Positions 9,403 through 18,635 of a DNA stretch of 64,000 nt are shown piece by piece. The stretch covers positions 5,122 through 69,121 of the forward strand of contig LGFT01000007.1 of NCBI GenBank assembly GCA_001509375.1. Direction: 5' to 3'. Positions within the stretch are counted from its first letter, which is position 1; each line of letters starts with the position of its first letter. The notes beneath the pieces are model-generated. The model searched no databases, had not been told where the DNA came from, and saw nothing but the letters and a program-made list of their open reading frames with translations. The translations under genes were made by a program, and so were the position numbers. The stretch is from Methanothrix harundinacea. GTDB lineage: Archaea > Halobacteriota > Methanosarcinia > Methanotrichales > Methanotrichaceae.

Positions 9403-10863
9403 CTAGTCCCTCCTCACCAGCTTTCCGACATAGCTCCGAACCCAGATGTAGCCGACGGCATCCCCCAGGAGGTTCCCGATTACCATCCCCCACCAGACCC
9501 CAGGAAGGCCCCACCCGAAACCGACCGCAAAGAGCATCACCAGCATCACGTTGAATACGACCGTCCGCAAGACCGATATGGCGAGGGCGGTGCTGCCCCT
9601 TCCCACCCCCTGAAAGACGGCGGCGGCGAAGATCCCCAGGGGTATCGCTGGGTAGAAGAAGGCCATAACTCGTAGGAAGATGATAATCTCCGATGCTAGA
9701 TCTCTAGAGGCCTCGGAGTACGAGAAGAGAACGGCGATCTGGGGAGCGAAGATGTAGGTGGCCGCTGAGAGGAGGAGAGCTACGAGAATCCCCACCCTCA
9801 CCGAGTAGAGGTGAGCATCATCGATCTTCTGAAACGCCTTGGAGCCGAAGGCCGCCCCTGAGACGGAGATCACCGCCGTACTCATCGCGATCAGCGGCGT
9901 CATGCCGATGTTCACCACCCTCATCCCGACGGAGCATACAGCCACCCCATCGGTGGAGGAGACGGCGACGATGATCAGGTTGATGACGATCCCCATGAGG
10001 GCAAGAGATATGAACTCGAAGCTTGCGGGAACCCCCACCTGCAGGATTTCGCGGACGATGCCCCTATCGCAGGAGAAGCCGAGGCTGTTGATGGAGACGT
10101 AGGTCTCTTTTTTTACCGCCATCCACCAGAGCATCACCGCCGATGAGACGGCCATCGAGAGGACCGTCGCCCAGGCGGCGCCTCCGATCCCCCAGCCGAA
10201 GACATAGATGAAGATCGGATCGAGGAGGATGTTGAGAAGGCTTGCGACTCCCATGGCGTACATCGCCCTCTTCGCGTCGCCTTCGCCCCTGAGGATGGCG
10301 TATGCCACGTTGGAAAAGAGGAGGAAGATGGTGCCGGTGAAGATCGCCTTTGCATAATCCGCCGCCAGGGGGGCGGCAGAGCCAGCCCCCAAAAGGACGA
10401 AGATCCGGTCCGATGCGAGGTAGAGGGGGATGGAGAATAGGACGGCGACAGCTGCCATGATCGCCATCGTATGCTGGGCGACAAGGTCAGCGCCCGCCTT
10501 GTCCTGAGTCCCGATCCTCCGGGATATGGCTGAACCGCCGCCGACGCCGAGGCCGTTGGCGATCCCCAGGGCGACGAAGAAGAGGGGGAAGACGAACCCG
10601 ACGGCCGCCAGGGCGTCGCTCCCGAGACCCGCCACCCAGAAGGCGTCGACTATGTTGTAGAGGGAGAGGAGGAACATGGAGACGACCATCGGAGCTGAGA
10701 GCTTCAGAATGGCGGACTTCGGATCGCCGAGGAGGGTCTCCACCCCCACCGTCCGCCCCCTCACGTAGAGAGATCCGGAGTCAAAATATTCGGCTTCGAG
10801 GGGTTCGGCCCTGAGGGCTTCGGTCGTCGTCTCTATTCCCGTTCGCCGCTCCCCTGAGATCAC
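9403..10863 (-). CDS. MATE-family efflux transporter
   Basis: The ORF is listed as 9403..10968. I prefer the GTG at 10863, which forms a GTGA overlap with the stop of the upstream regulator gene. The protein is polytopic with MATE-like features (ILKLSAPMVVSM..., two homologous halves). Confidence 0.75.
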   Translation of the reverse strand: MISGERRTGIETTTEALRAEPLEAEYFDSGSLYVRGRTVGVETLLGDPKSAILKLSAPMVVSMFLLSLYNIVDAFWVAGLGSDALAAVGFVFPLFFVALGIANGLGVGGGSAISRRIGTQDKAGADLVAQHTMAIMAAVAVLFSIPLYLASDRIFVLLGAGSAAPLAADYAKAIFTGTIFLLFSNVAYAILRGEGDAKRAMYAMGVASLLNILLDPIFIYVFGWGIGGAAWATVLSMAVSSAVMLWWMAVKKETYVSINSLGFSCDRGIVREILQVGVPASFEFISLALMGIVINLIIVAVSSTDGVAVCSVGMRVVNIGMTPLIAMSTAVISVSGAAFGSKAFQKIDDAHLYSVRVGILVALLLSAATYIFAPQIAVLFSYSEASRDLASEIIIFLRVMAFFYPAIPLGIFAAAVFQGVGRGSTALAISVLRTVVFNVMLVMLFAVGFGWGLPGVWWGMVIGNLLGDAVGYIWVRSYVGKLVRRD

Positions 10864-11423
10864 CGCTCGCCCGCCTCTCGGATCGCAACCTCTCTTTCCA
10901 TAATTTCGATAAGATCGTCCATGGTGAAGGGGCTCACCAGGTCTATCAGCTTCCGAGCCTTGACGCACTCCTCCCTCATGGAGCTGAAGAGGCGGCGGAG
11001 CCGCTCTGCCTCATCGCTCTCTCCCGCATCCTCCAGGATCCTCTCCGCCTCATCGATGGCGGCGATTTGGATCTGCATGATCTGCTTGATCTTCTCATTC
11101 TCGGCCCTGAAGGTCTCGTCTATGCTCTGCATTATGACGTAGTAGTTTCTCTTATCGCCCGGCCTTCTTATCCTGCGGACGATCCCCTGACTCTCCAGAG
11201 GGGCCATGTTGGTGCTGACGGTGGATTTGCTGTACCCCGTCACCCCCACCAGCTCGTCCATCGAAAGGGGGCCATCAGCAATAAAAAGCGATCCGATGAG
11301 GGCGCCGGCGGCGTCGCTGTGCCCCAGCATATTTGCCATCTGGATGCTGGCATTAATCATGGACCTCTTAGCAACCTCTTCGGGAGGGATATCATCCCGT
11401 CTCATCGAGAGAAGGTCTGCCAC
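10860..11423 (-). CDS. GbsR/COG1510-type winged-helix transcription regulator
   Basis: A 187-aa ORF. The wHTH segment is LSMDELVGVTGYSKSTVSTNMAPLESQGIVRRIRRPGDKRNYY and a helical C-terminal domain follows. It is translationally coupled (GTGA) to the MATE gene. Confidence 0.65.
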   Translation of the reverse strand: MADLLSMRRDDIPPEEVAKRSMINASIQMANMLGHSDAAGALIGSLFIADGPLSMDELVGVTGYSKSTVSTNMAPLESQGIVRRIRRPGDKRNYYVIMQSIDETFRAENEKIKQIMQIQIAAIDEAERILEDAGESDEAERLRRLFSSMREECVKARKLIDLVSPFTMDDLIEIMEREVAIREAGER

Positions 11424-11502
11424 AAGCTTTAAGTACGTTTCGTATAATCCGAAAGCCTCGAAGTTTCAGAATGTTCCGAACTAGAGGATCAAAATTCTGA
11501 AG

Positions 11503-13830
11503 GTGAAGATCACGAGCAGGGGAGAGAAGCTGGGAAGATGGATTGAGGGAAACCCGCTAGTCATTCTGACGGTGGCGGCGCTTTTCACCGTGGCGTCGAT
11601 CCATTTCGCCCAGACCATCACCATGGAGACGGAAACGGAGACCTTCGTCGACGAGAACTCGAGGCTCTACGTGGAGTACGATCACCTTTACAACGATCGG
11701 TTCGGGATACAATCGATCGTGGTTCTGGTGGAGGGGGACGCGGTGACGAGCCCCGAGGCCCTGAAGGCGATGGAACGGCTTACCCGCCAGATGGAGACGG
11801 TGGAGAACGTCCTGGGAACGACGAGCATAGCCGAGATGGTGCTGGAGGCCGAGGCCGAAGAGACTGGGGTCCGGAGGGTCCCCGACTCCCAGGCGAGGAT
11901 CGACGAGATCCTGGATGGGCTTGAAATGGCGAACCCGGCCATGCTGAAAGCGATCCTCCCGGACCGGGGACATACCTTGATAGCGATCGAGCTTCCGACC
12001 TACATACCCATGGAGACTATGGATGCCATCCTTCCGGAAGCCTACTCCGCTGTGGAGATGGCGGAGTTTCCCGCGGGGGCAGACACCATCGTCACCGGCG
12101 AGATCGCCCTCGGTGACGAGATCAAGCGGGAGATGAACACCTCCATGGGAACCCTCCTCATGATCTCGGGCCTCTTGATGGTGGTGGCCCTCTTCCTCGT
12201 CTTCAGGCACGTTCACCTGCCGCTTCTGCCGCTTCCCATCGTCTTTCTGGGGATCATCTGGACCTTCGGGATGATGGGATTTCTAGAGGTGCCTCTGACG
12301 ATGGTATCGATGGCGGCCTTTCCCATCCTCATCGGCCTGGGGATCGATTACGCCATCCAGTTTCAGAACCGGATCGAAGAGGAGTTTCAAAGGGGCGGGT
12401 CCATTGCCAATGCCACCGTAGAAACGGTGGCCCACACCGCCCCCGCAGTCCTGATCGCTCTGACGATAACCGGAGCTGGCTTCTTCTCCCTCTTCTCGTC
12501 CTCCGTTCCCATGATCAGAGACTTCGGCCTCCTCTGCCTGATCGGGATCATTATGTGCTACATCTCCTCCCTCTTCGTGGGGGTCACGGTCCTCTACCAG
12601 ATGGAGAAGGGGCGGAACAACAGAGCCAGCCGGGTCGGCATCGGGAGGAGAGAAAGGAAATCCCCGATAGGCCCTCTCGTCGTCAAGCAGGCGGCCTTCG
12701 TCATTCGTCGGTGGCAAGCAGTGCTGGTGGCGGCGGTCCTCCTCTCTTGCTTCGGCCTTTATGCCGACACCAAAGTCCCGATAGAGACGGACATGAACGA
12801 GTTCATACCTCAGGACCTCCCGCCCCTCAGCCAGTTCCGGCATATGCACAATATATTCGGCGGCGAGGACCAGCTGAACATCATAGTCCAGGGGGACGTG
12901 ACGGATCCCAAAACCCTCAGATGGATGGATGAGTTCGGGGATTACGTCGTGGAATCGAGGGATAAAGTCTACGGCGCCACGAGCCTTGCCACCATCGTCA
13001 AGGGCTACAACGGCGGCGCCATCCCCGAAGATGAATCCGAGGTGGTGGCAATCCTGGGCAGGATGCCCGAAGCGGCCAAGCGCCAGTACATCGACGGTCA
13101 CGACACCGCCCAGATCATCCTGGACATCGGCGAGGCCTTCGACAACCTCGGCCAGGTGGGAATCGAGCGGCTCCAGAATGAGGTCGACAAGGACCTGATC
13201 TGGTTCGCCCCGCCTCCCGGAGTCTCCGTGACCCAGACGGGCGAAATGGCGGTGATGAACATCGTCATCGGAGCCCTCACCACCGGCAGGATGCGGATGA
13301 CCCTCCTGGGACTCGTCCTGATATTCTTCATCCTTCTCCTGGTCTATAGAGATCTGGTCAAGGCGGTCTTGCCAGTCCTTCCGATGTTCATCGTCATCGG
13401 CTGGATGGGGGGGGTGATGTACGTCTCAGGGATGAAGTACAACCCCATGACCGCCACGTTGGGGGCGCTGATCCTGGGGGTGGGGTCGGAGTATGCCATC
13501 TTGACGATGGAGCGGTTCTACGAGGAGAAGGAGAGGACCGATGACACCATGAAGGCGCTCTTCACAGCGACGGGGAGCATCGGGGCTGCGATAGTCGCCT
13601 CGGGGCTCACCACAGTCTTCGGATTCTCCGCCCTCATAGCCTCCCCCTTCCCCATGACCAGCAGCTTCGGAACGATAACCGTCCTATCGGTCATATTCGC
13701 CCTCGTCGCCACCTTCACCGTATTTCCGGTGCTTCTTATAAGGCTCGAGTACTGGAGAAGACACAAAGCCGAAGTGAAAGCCAGAGCCTCAAGCTTACTC
13801 ATCATTTCCCTCAGGAGGTTGAAGGATTGA
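11503..13830 (+). CDS. RND-superfamily exporter, MMPL type (two 6-TM bundles)
   Basis: A 775-aa ORF made of two repeats, each a large soluble loop plus a TM bundle. Motifs typical of archaeal COG1033 exporters are present (GIDYAIQF..., GVGSEYAIL...). Confidence 0.8.
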   Translation: MKITSRGEKLGRWIEGNPLVILTVAALFTVASIHFAQTITMETETETFVDENSRLYVEYDHLYNDRFGIQSIVVLVEGDAVTSPEALKAMERLTRQMETVENVLGTTSIAEMVLEAEAEETGVRRVPDSQARIDEILDGLEMANPAMLKAILPDRGHTLIAIELPTYIPMETMDAILPEAYSAVEMAEFPAGADTIVTGEIALGDEIKREMNTSMGTLLMISGLLMVVALFLVFRHVHLPLLPLPIVFLGIIWTFGMMGFLEVPLTMVSMAAFPILIGLGIDYAIQFQNRIEEEFQRGGSIANATVETVAHTAPAVLIALTITGAGFFSLFSSSVPMIRDFGLLCLIGIIMCYISSLFVGVTVLYQMEKGRNNRASRVGIGRRERKSPIGPLVVKQAAFVIRRWQAVLVAAVLLSCFGLYADTKVPIETDMNEFIPQDLPPLSQFRHMHNIFGGEDQLNIIVQGDVTDPKTLRWMDEFGDYVVESRDKVYGATSLATIVKGYNGGAIPEDESEVVAILGRMPEAAKRQYIDGHDTAQIILDIGEAFDNLGQVGIERLQNEVDKDLIWFAPPPGVSVTQTGEMAVMNIVIGALTTGRMRMTLLGLVLIFFILLLVYRDLVKAVLPVLPMFIVIGWMGGVMYVSGMKYNPMTATLGALILGVGSEYAILTMERFYEEKERTDDTMKALFTATGSIGAAIVASGLTTVFGFSALIASPFPMTSSFGTITVLSVIFALVATFTVFPVLLIRLEYWRRHKAEVKARASSLLIISLRRLKD

Positions 13831-14885
13831 GAAAGATAGTCGATCTCGGCCTTTTGGCCGCGTTTCTGTTCATCGCCCTGGCGGGCCTTGTTCCAGCTGG
13901 GGCCTCTGACAACTACATCCCCTCGGTATCGCTGGATAACTACTGGACCACCTTCGGTTCGCCGCAGCTGGACGCGAGCCTCGCGGGGACGAACGAGTTC
14001 GAGCGGGGAGAGACCGTCACCCTCTACGTCGACCTCACCAACTACGGAAGGATCATGGGGTTCAAGGCCGACAAGAAAGCCGATACCAAGATGGAGCAAG
14101 CGCTGGCAGACCGGGAGCTGGACTATGAGAGGGAGAAGACGACGGCCCTGGGGATAACGGGGACCCTGAGGTCGACATCAGACCTCATCGAGGTGAAGTC
14201 CGGCGACCAGGTGATCGAGGCTCTGAGATCGGGGGAGAAGTCGAGAGAGCCGATGAGGTTCGCGATAAAGATCGGAAGCCACACCCCAGCGGGCGAGTAC
14301 CCGATGCGCCTCGACCTATCCTACGATTACCAGTACAACGCCGAGGTGGACGCTGACGAGCTCGACCCCGAGATCGGACTCCGGGGGTTCCAGTCCTCTT
14401 TCTGGTACGAGAGGGCGAACACGACGATAACGATCCCCGTATTCGTCAAGAAAGAATCGGACTTCGAGATCGCCGAGGCTGAGGCCCAGCTATCCGCCGG
14501 AGAGAAGGGCGGAATTATCGAGGTGACGTACAAGAACATCGGCGAGGAGGAGGCCTCCGACGCCATAGCGAGGCTCTCCGTCTTCAAGCCCTTCTCTTCC
14601 ACCGACGATCAGGCCTACATCGGTGACCTCGCGCCGGGAGAGGAGAGGAGGGTGAAGTTCAAGATCGACGTCGACTCGGACGCCACAGCCAAGCCCTACA
14701 GCATCAACAGCGAGATCAAGTACACCGACCTCCGGGGAGAGACGGTCATCTCCACGAGCATGAAGATCCCCGTGAACGTCGCCCCAGCCAAGAGGTCTTA
14801 TGCCTTTCCGGCGGTCGTGGTCTTGATCCTTCTTTTGGCCGGAGGAATCTCCCTATATCGGAGGAGGAGGGGGAGGGGGAGCTGA
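13827..14885 (+). CDS. S-layer-domain-like (COG1361-type) surface protein with C-terminal TM anchor
   Basis: A 352-aa ORF with a signal peptide and two beta-rich modules (VTLYVDLTNYG..., IIEVTYKNIGEEEASD...). The C-terminal TM segment is followed by RRRRGRGS. It overlaps the MMPL stop by 4 nt. Confidence 0.6.
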   Translation: MRKIVDLGLLAAFLFIALAGLVPAGASDNYIPSVSLDNYWTTFGSPQLDASLAGTNEFERGETVTLYVDLTNYGRIMGFKADKKADTKMEQALADRELDYEREKTTALGITGTLRSTSDLIEVKSGDQVIEALRSGEKSREPMRFAIKIGSHTPAGEYPMRLDLSYDYQYNAEVDADELDPEIGLRGFQSSFWYERANTTITIPVFVKKESDFEIAEAEAQLSAGEKGGIIEVTYKNIGEEEASDAIARLSVFKPFSSTDDQAYIGDLAPGEERRVKFKIDVDSDATAKPYSINSEIKYTDLRGETVISTSMKIPVNVAPAKRSYAFPAVVVLILLLAGGISLYRRRRGRGS

Positions 14886-15233
14886 GGCAAGCTCCACCCT
14901 CCGGCATCACATCATCTCGGAAATCAGCTTCATACCCTTTCATCCCCTTCGTCAAACCGCTGCCTTTCTGATCGTTGGCGTTATTTATCATCCGCCCCAG
15001 CACACCATCATGATGACCCTTTTGGAGGGGTGGGAAACAGTTAAATAGTTTTTCAAGATCAATATACAATAAGCAATGAAAGGGGGGGACCGTATCGCTG
15101 TTCGATCAGAGGAGTGGATCGGCTTTCTGGAGGGCAAGCTGGAGATGGAAGTCCCAGACGATCCTAATTCACCAATTCTGAAGAGATCGGCGTCGACACC
15201 CTATCTGTATGGTCCTGAAAATGAGGGAGAATT

Positions 15234-17588
15234 ATGAGTAAAATTGTGACAGCGGGTTTGATCTGTCTCTTGGGCTTATCTTTGAGCTTTGCGATCGGTT
15301 CATCAGCTCTGGCTCAGGGGGATCATCGCAGCACGAACAAGATCACGTTGCAGTACCTTATCAATGATCCGAACATCAATAGAGGCGCAGTGACATTGAC
15401 TGGCCCCGACGGATCCGGCGAGATTTACGACTCGGTGACGATACCAGGGCTTACCAACCAGATAAATCCAGGAGAGCCGGTCTTGCCCTTGAAGACGGCA
15501 AGAATCCTGATACCCTACGGAGAAGAGGTTCAGGAGGTGAAGGTGGTCCCTGGAAACGAAAAGTACATGGGCACCGTCTCGATAAGCCCAGGCCAAAACT
15601 CCGTCCCCATGGGCTTCACCGAGAACTGTACCGGCTGCAATCCTGAAGAAAACTGGACCGCTATGCCAGAGCTTTACCTTCTGAACGAGGAGACCTACAA
15701 CTCCGAAACCTCCTATCCCGAGGCCGCCTACTCGATCCTCGGTGTTCAGAAGAAGCACGGCTACGATATCCTCTACGTAAACCTCTACCCGATCAGGTAC
15801 ATCCCCAAGACGGGAGAAGCTTACAGCTACGGAGCCTTTGACGTAGAGGTGACGACTGCTCCCAGAGAGACCCTCGATCAAGGCCTCTATCGAGGAATTC
15901 CCGAGGACAGGGAGGAAGTAGACATGATCGTCGACAATCCAGAGAAGACGGCCACCTACCCCACTGATCTTGCCCCCACGGGCAAGTCCCTCCTCCTGGA
16001 CGGAGACTATGATTATGTCATCATCACCAACCAGTACTTGAAAGAGGCTCCAGGTCCCTACAACTTCCAGGCCCTGGCCGCCTGGAAGACCAAAAAGGGA
16101 GTGGAGGCAACTATCGTCACCGTTGAGGATATCTATGCCAATTACAGGCGGAGTTTCGACCAGGATGACCAGGAAGTAATCCGTGAGTTCATCAAGGACG
16201 CCTATATTAATAACCACATAAAATACGTCCTCCTGGGCGGTGACGGCGATGGGGCGAGGATAGGCGGAGAGACCTGGGACCCGATTGTTCCCGCAAGACT
16301 TCTTTACGCATGGGCTTATGAGCCTGACCCAGATAGCTGCTTCATACCAAAAGATAGAGTAGGCATAGCGTCCGACCTCTATTATGCCTGTCTTGAAGGG
16401 GACTTCGACAGCAACAAAAACGGAATATTCGGCGAACCGGACGATAGCGTCAACCTCCACGCCAACGTATACGTCGGGCGGGCTCCGGTGGACAACCATG
16501 ATGAGCTATCAAACTTCGTCAGAAAGACTATAGCCTACGAATCCACAAATATAACCGACCGCTACCTCGCTGGCGTTTGGCTGGTCGGCGAATATACAGA
16601 ACCCATGGTCTATTCTAAGGCTGACGAGGACGATCCCGAGGATGAGCCTCGAGGGACTGCGACTTGGGCATGGGGCGGAGACTACAAAGACGAGATTAAG
16701 CCCTTATTCCCGACGGATGTATTCTACGTTAAGATCCTATATGACAGGGAAACCAAAGGAGACGAATGCGACTGCAACAAGCATGATTGGTCCCGGACGG
16801 TGCTGATAAAGGATATTAACGGCAACTACATCCACGCCATCAATCACATGGGCACTTCCAACTTCTGTGACATCGTAGCCTACGTAATGAAGATGGGCTA
16901 CAACCACGCCGACGCCCTCAACAACACCAAGTACTTCTTCGGTTATTCCCTGGCCGGGTATGCAGCGTCCTTTGACAACAGAGATCCTGCGGGAGTTTAC
17001 CTGCCTCACGACTCCGTCCTGGAGCACTTCGTGACCGCACCGGGTGGAGCCTTCGCCTTCATAGGGAACACCAGATATGGCCTGACCGATTTGAACATGA
17101 ATAACCCTGATGACAGCCCGTCCCTGAAGTTCGACCACGCCTTCTGGGAGGAGATGTTCAATGCTGAATCCGCCAAAAACATCGGCAAAGTAAACCAGCT
17201 GTCAAAAGAGACGTTCATCGGAGATTTCAACGATGATCAGGGTATGAACTTGAGGTACTGCTACTACGGAATCAACCTCCTCGGCGATCCCGAGACGCCC
17301 TTCCTAATGCCCTCCGCTACCATTGCGACGACGGAAGAGATGCCCGAGGCGGCCGGGGCGGAGGCGCCAGTGACGGAGGAAAAGGTGACTGAAGTGCCCA
17401 AGGCTGCGGCCGAAGCCGAGAAGGTGACGCAGATCAGCCCGAGCCTCGGTATGCCCAACCTCTTCGAGGACGGGATCAGCTTCGATGCGAATGCCTTCGA
17501 GTTTGGGGAGATGGAGTTCGACTTCGGAGAGGGCATGGACTTAAGCTTCGGTGGGGGCATGGACTTCGGGGACTCCATGAACTTCTGA
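15234..17588 (+). CDS. Peptidase-C25 (gingipain)-like surface protein, possibly non-catalytic
   Basis: A 784-aa ORF with a signal peptide. C25-like blocks include YDYVIITNQ..., WKTKKGVEATIVTVEDIY, YVLLGGDG, VYVGRAPV, AFIGNTRYG and LLGDPETPF. The C-terminal tail is acidic and low-complexity. Confidence 0.7.
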   Translation: MSKIVTAGLICLLGLSLSFAIGSSALAQGDHRSTNKITLQYLINDPNINRGAVTLTGPDGSGEIYDSVTIPGLTNQINPGEPVLPLKTARILIPYGEEVQEVKVVPGNEKYMGTVSISPGQNSVPMGFTENCTGCNPEENWTAMPELYLLNEETYNSETSYPEAAYSILGVQKKHGYDILYVNLYPIRYIPKTGEAYSYGAFDVEVTTAPRETLDQGLYRGIPEDREEVDMIVDNPEKTATYPTDLAPTGKSLLLDGDYDYVIITNQYLKEAPGPYNFQALAAWKTKKGVEATIVTVEDIYANYRRSFDQDDQEVIREFIKDAYINNHIKYVLLGGDGDGARIGGETWDPIVPARLLYAWAYEPDPDSCFIPKDRVGIASDLYYACLEGDFDSNKNGIFGEPDDSVNLHANVYVGRAPVDNHDELSNFVRKTIAYESTNITDRYLAGVWLVGEYTEPMVYSKADEDDPEDEPRGTATWAWGGDYKDEIKPLFPTDVFYVKILYDRETKGDECDCNKHDWSRTVLIKDINGNYIHAINHMGTSNFCDIVAYVMKMGYNHADALNNTKYFFGYSLAGYAASFDNRDPAGVYLPHDSVLEHFVTAPGGAFAFIGNTRYGLTDLNMNNPDDSPSLKFDHAFWEEMFNAESAKNIGKVNQLSKETFIGDFNDDQGMNLRYCYYGINLLGDPETPFLMPSATIATTEEMPEAAGAEAPVTEEKVTEVPKAAAEAEKVTQISPSLGMPNLFEDGISFDANAFEFGEMEFDFGEGMDLSFGGGMDFGDSMNF

Positions 17589-17611
17589 CGACAATTTGGA
17601 TCGAGAAGGTT

Positions 17612-17659
17612 AGAAGATAAAAGGGGTCCGCCATCTTCTGGGGGCCCCATCTTATTTTT
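17612..17659 (+). terminator. Hairpin plus T-run between convergent genes
   Basis: AGAAGAT (17612-17618) pairs with ATCTTCT (17633-17639) as a 7-bp stem. It is followed by the GGGGCCCC palindrome and TTTTT (17655-17659). Confidence 0.35.
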
Positions 17660-18497
17660 AATCGAATTCGAGATCCAGCCCCACGCCCACCTCTTTCAGG
17701 GTCGCGACCTCGGCGAGGGCGACCTTTGATTCGAGGTCGGTGCAGTGGCAGGCGTGGACCTCGCGGGGCCGCAACCTCTCAAAGTATCTCAAGGTCTCTC
17801 TCATCTGCCTCTCCGGTGGGTCCATCAGATGGAAACCCCCGACGACGTCGAGGACCCTGCTCTCAGAAAGGATCCGTCTCGCCTGCTCTACGATGTTGCA
17901 GATCCCCGAATGGGAGCAGCCGGAGACGATTACGAGCCCGTCGGTCGATCGATAGGCGAGGGCGGAGTCATCCATCAGGAAATCGTCCTCCTCGCCCCCT
18001 TCGGTCGAGATCGTCCCCAGGGGCCTCTTAGCCTCAAAGTCATTTTCGCGTTCGATCTCCCCGAGGAAGACGAGCCGGTCCGTCAGCCAGAAAGGATCTC
18101 TGCATAATGCCATCTCGAAGTGGCGGGAGAGTTTCTCCTCGGAGAGGAGCGACCCGATCTCTTCGAGGCCGCTGACCTTTCGCGAGAGGAGCGCATCTGG
18201 ATGGGCCACCAGAGTCGGCATCTTGTGATCGATCCCCTCGATCTTCGCCTCGGTGATGAGCCTCACCAGGGGATCGAGCCCCCAGGTGTGATCGAGGTGG
18301 CCGTGGGAGAGGACGACGAAATCGAGGTTCAACAGGTTGATCCCCATCTTGAATGCGTTCTCTATGACGAGGCTCGAGTACCCGACGTCGAAGAGGATCT
18401 TCGTCGATCCGTCCTCGATGAAGAAGGAGACTCCGGGCTCCCCCTGGAAGTAGCGATCGATGAGAGTATTGTTGTCCACCAGAACTTTGAGCTTCAT
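17658..18497 (-). CDS. MBL-fold metallo-hydrolase, COG1237 type (the family that includes the methanopterin-pathway dihydropteroate-synthase analogue)
   Basis: A 279-aa ORF. It has MKLKVLVDN..., FDVGYS... and VVLSHGHLDHTWGL (the HxHxDH motif). Confidence 0.6.
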   Translation of the reverse strand: MKLKVLVDNNTLIDRYFQGEPGVSFFIEDGSTKILFDVGYSSLVIENAFKMGINLLNLDFVVLSHGHLDHTWGLDPLVRLITEAKIEGIDHKMPTLVAHPDALLSRKVSGLEEIGSLLSEEKLSRHFEMALCRDPFWLTDRLVFLGEIERENDFEAKRPLGTISTEGGEEDDFLMDDSALAYRSTDGLVIVSGCSHSGICNIVEQARRILSESRVLDVVGGFHLMDPPERQMRETLRYFERLRPREVHACHCTDLESKVALAEVATLKEVGVGLDLEFD

Positions 18498-18635
18498 ATT
18501 CTGACCTTTTTATTATTTAGTCGTTAAACTATAAAGGTTTAAGCCTCATCAGGAACTCAGATAATCTATAGACCCGATACCTCTCAATAAAGATGGCCAT
18601 CGATCGGATTCGGATCCGGTCTCAATGGAGGCAAA

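Noticed and set aside
11557-13101. Two minus-strand ORFs (219 aa and 272 aa) inside the MMPL gene
   Set aside because: They are antisense shadows with biased composition. The MMPL frame has coherent TM topology.
15303-16499. 398-aa minus-strand ORF inside the C25-like gene
   Set aside because: It is an antisense shadow with no recognisable domains. The plus-strand frame carries the C25 blocks.
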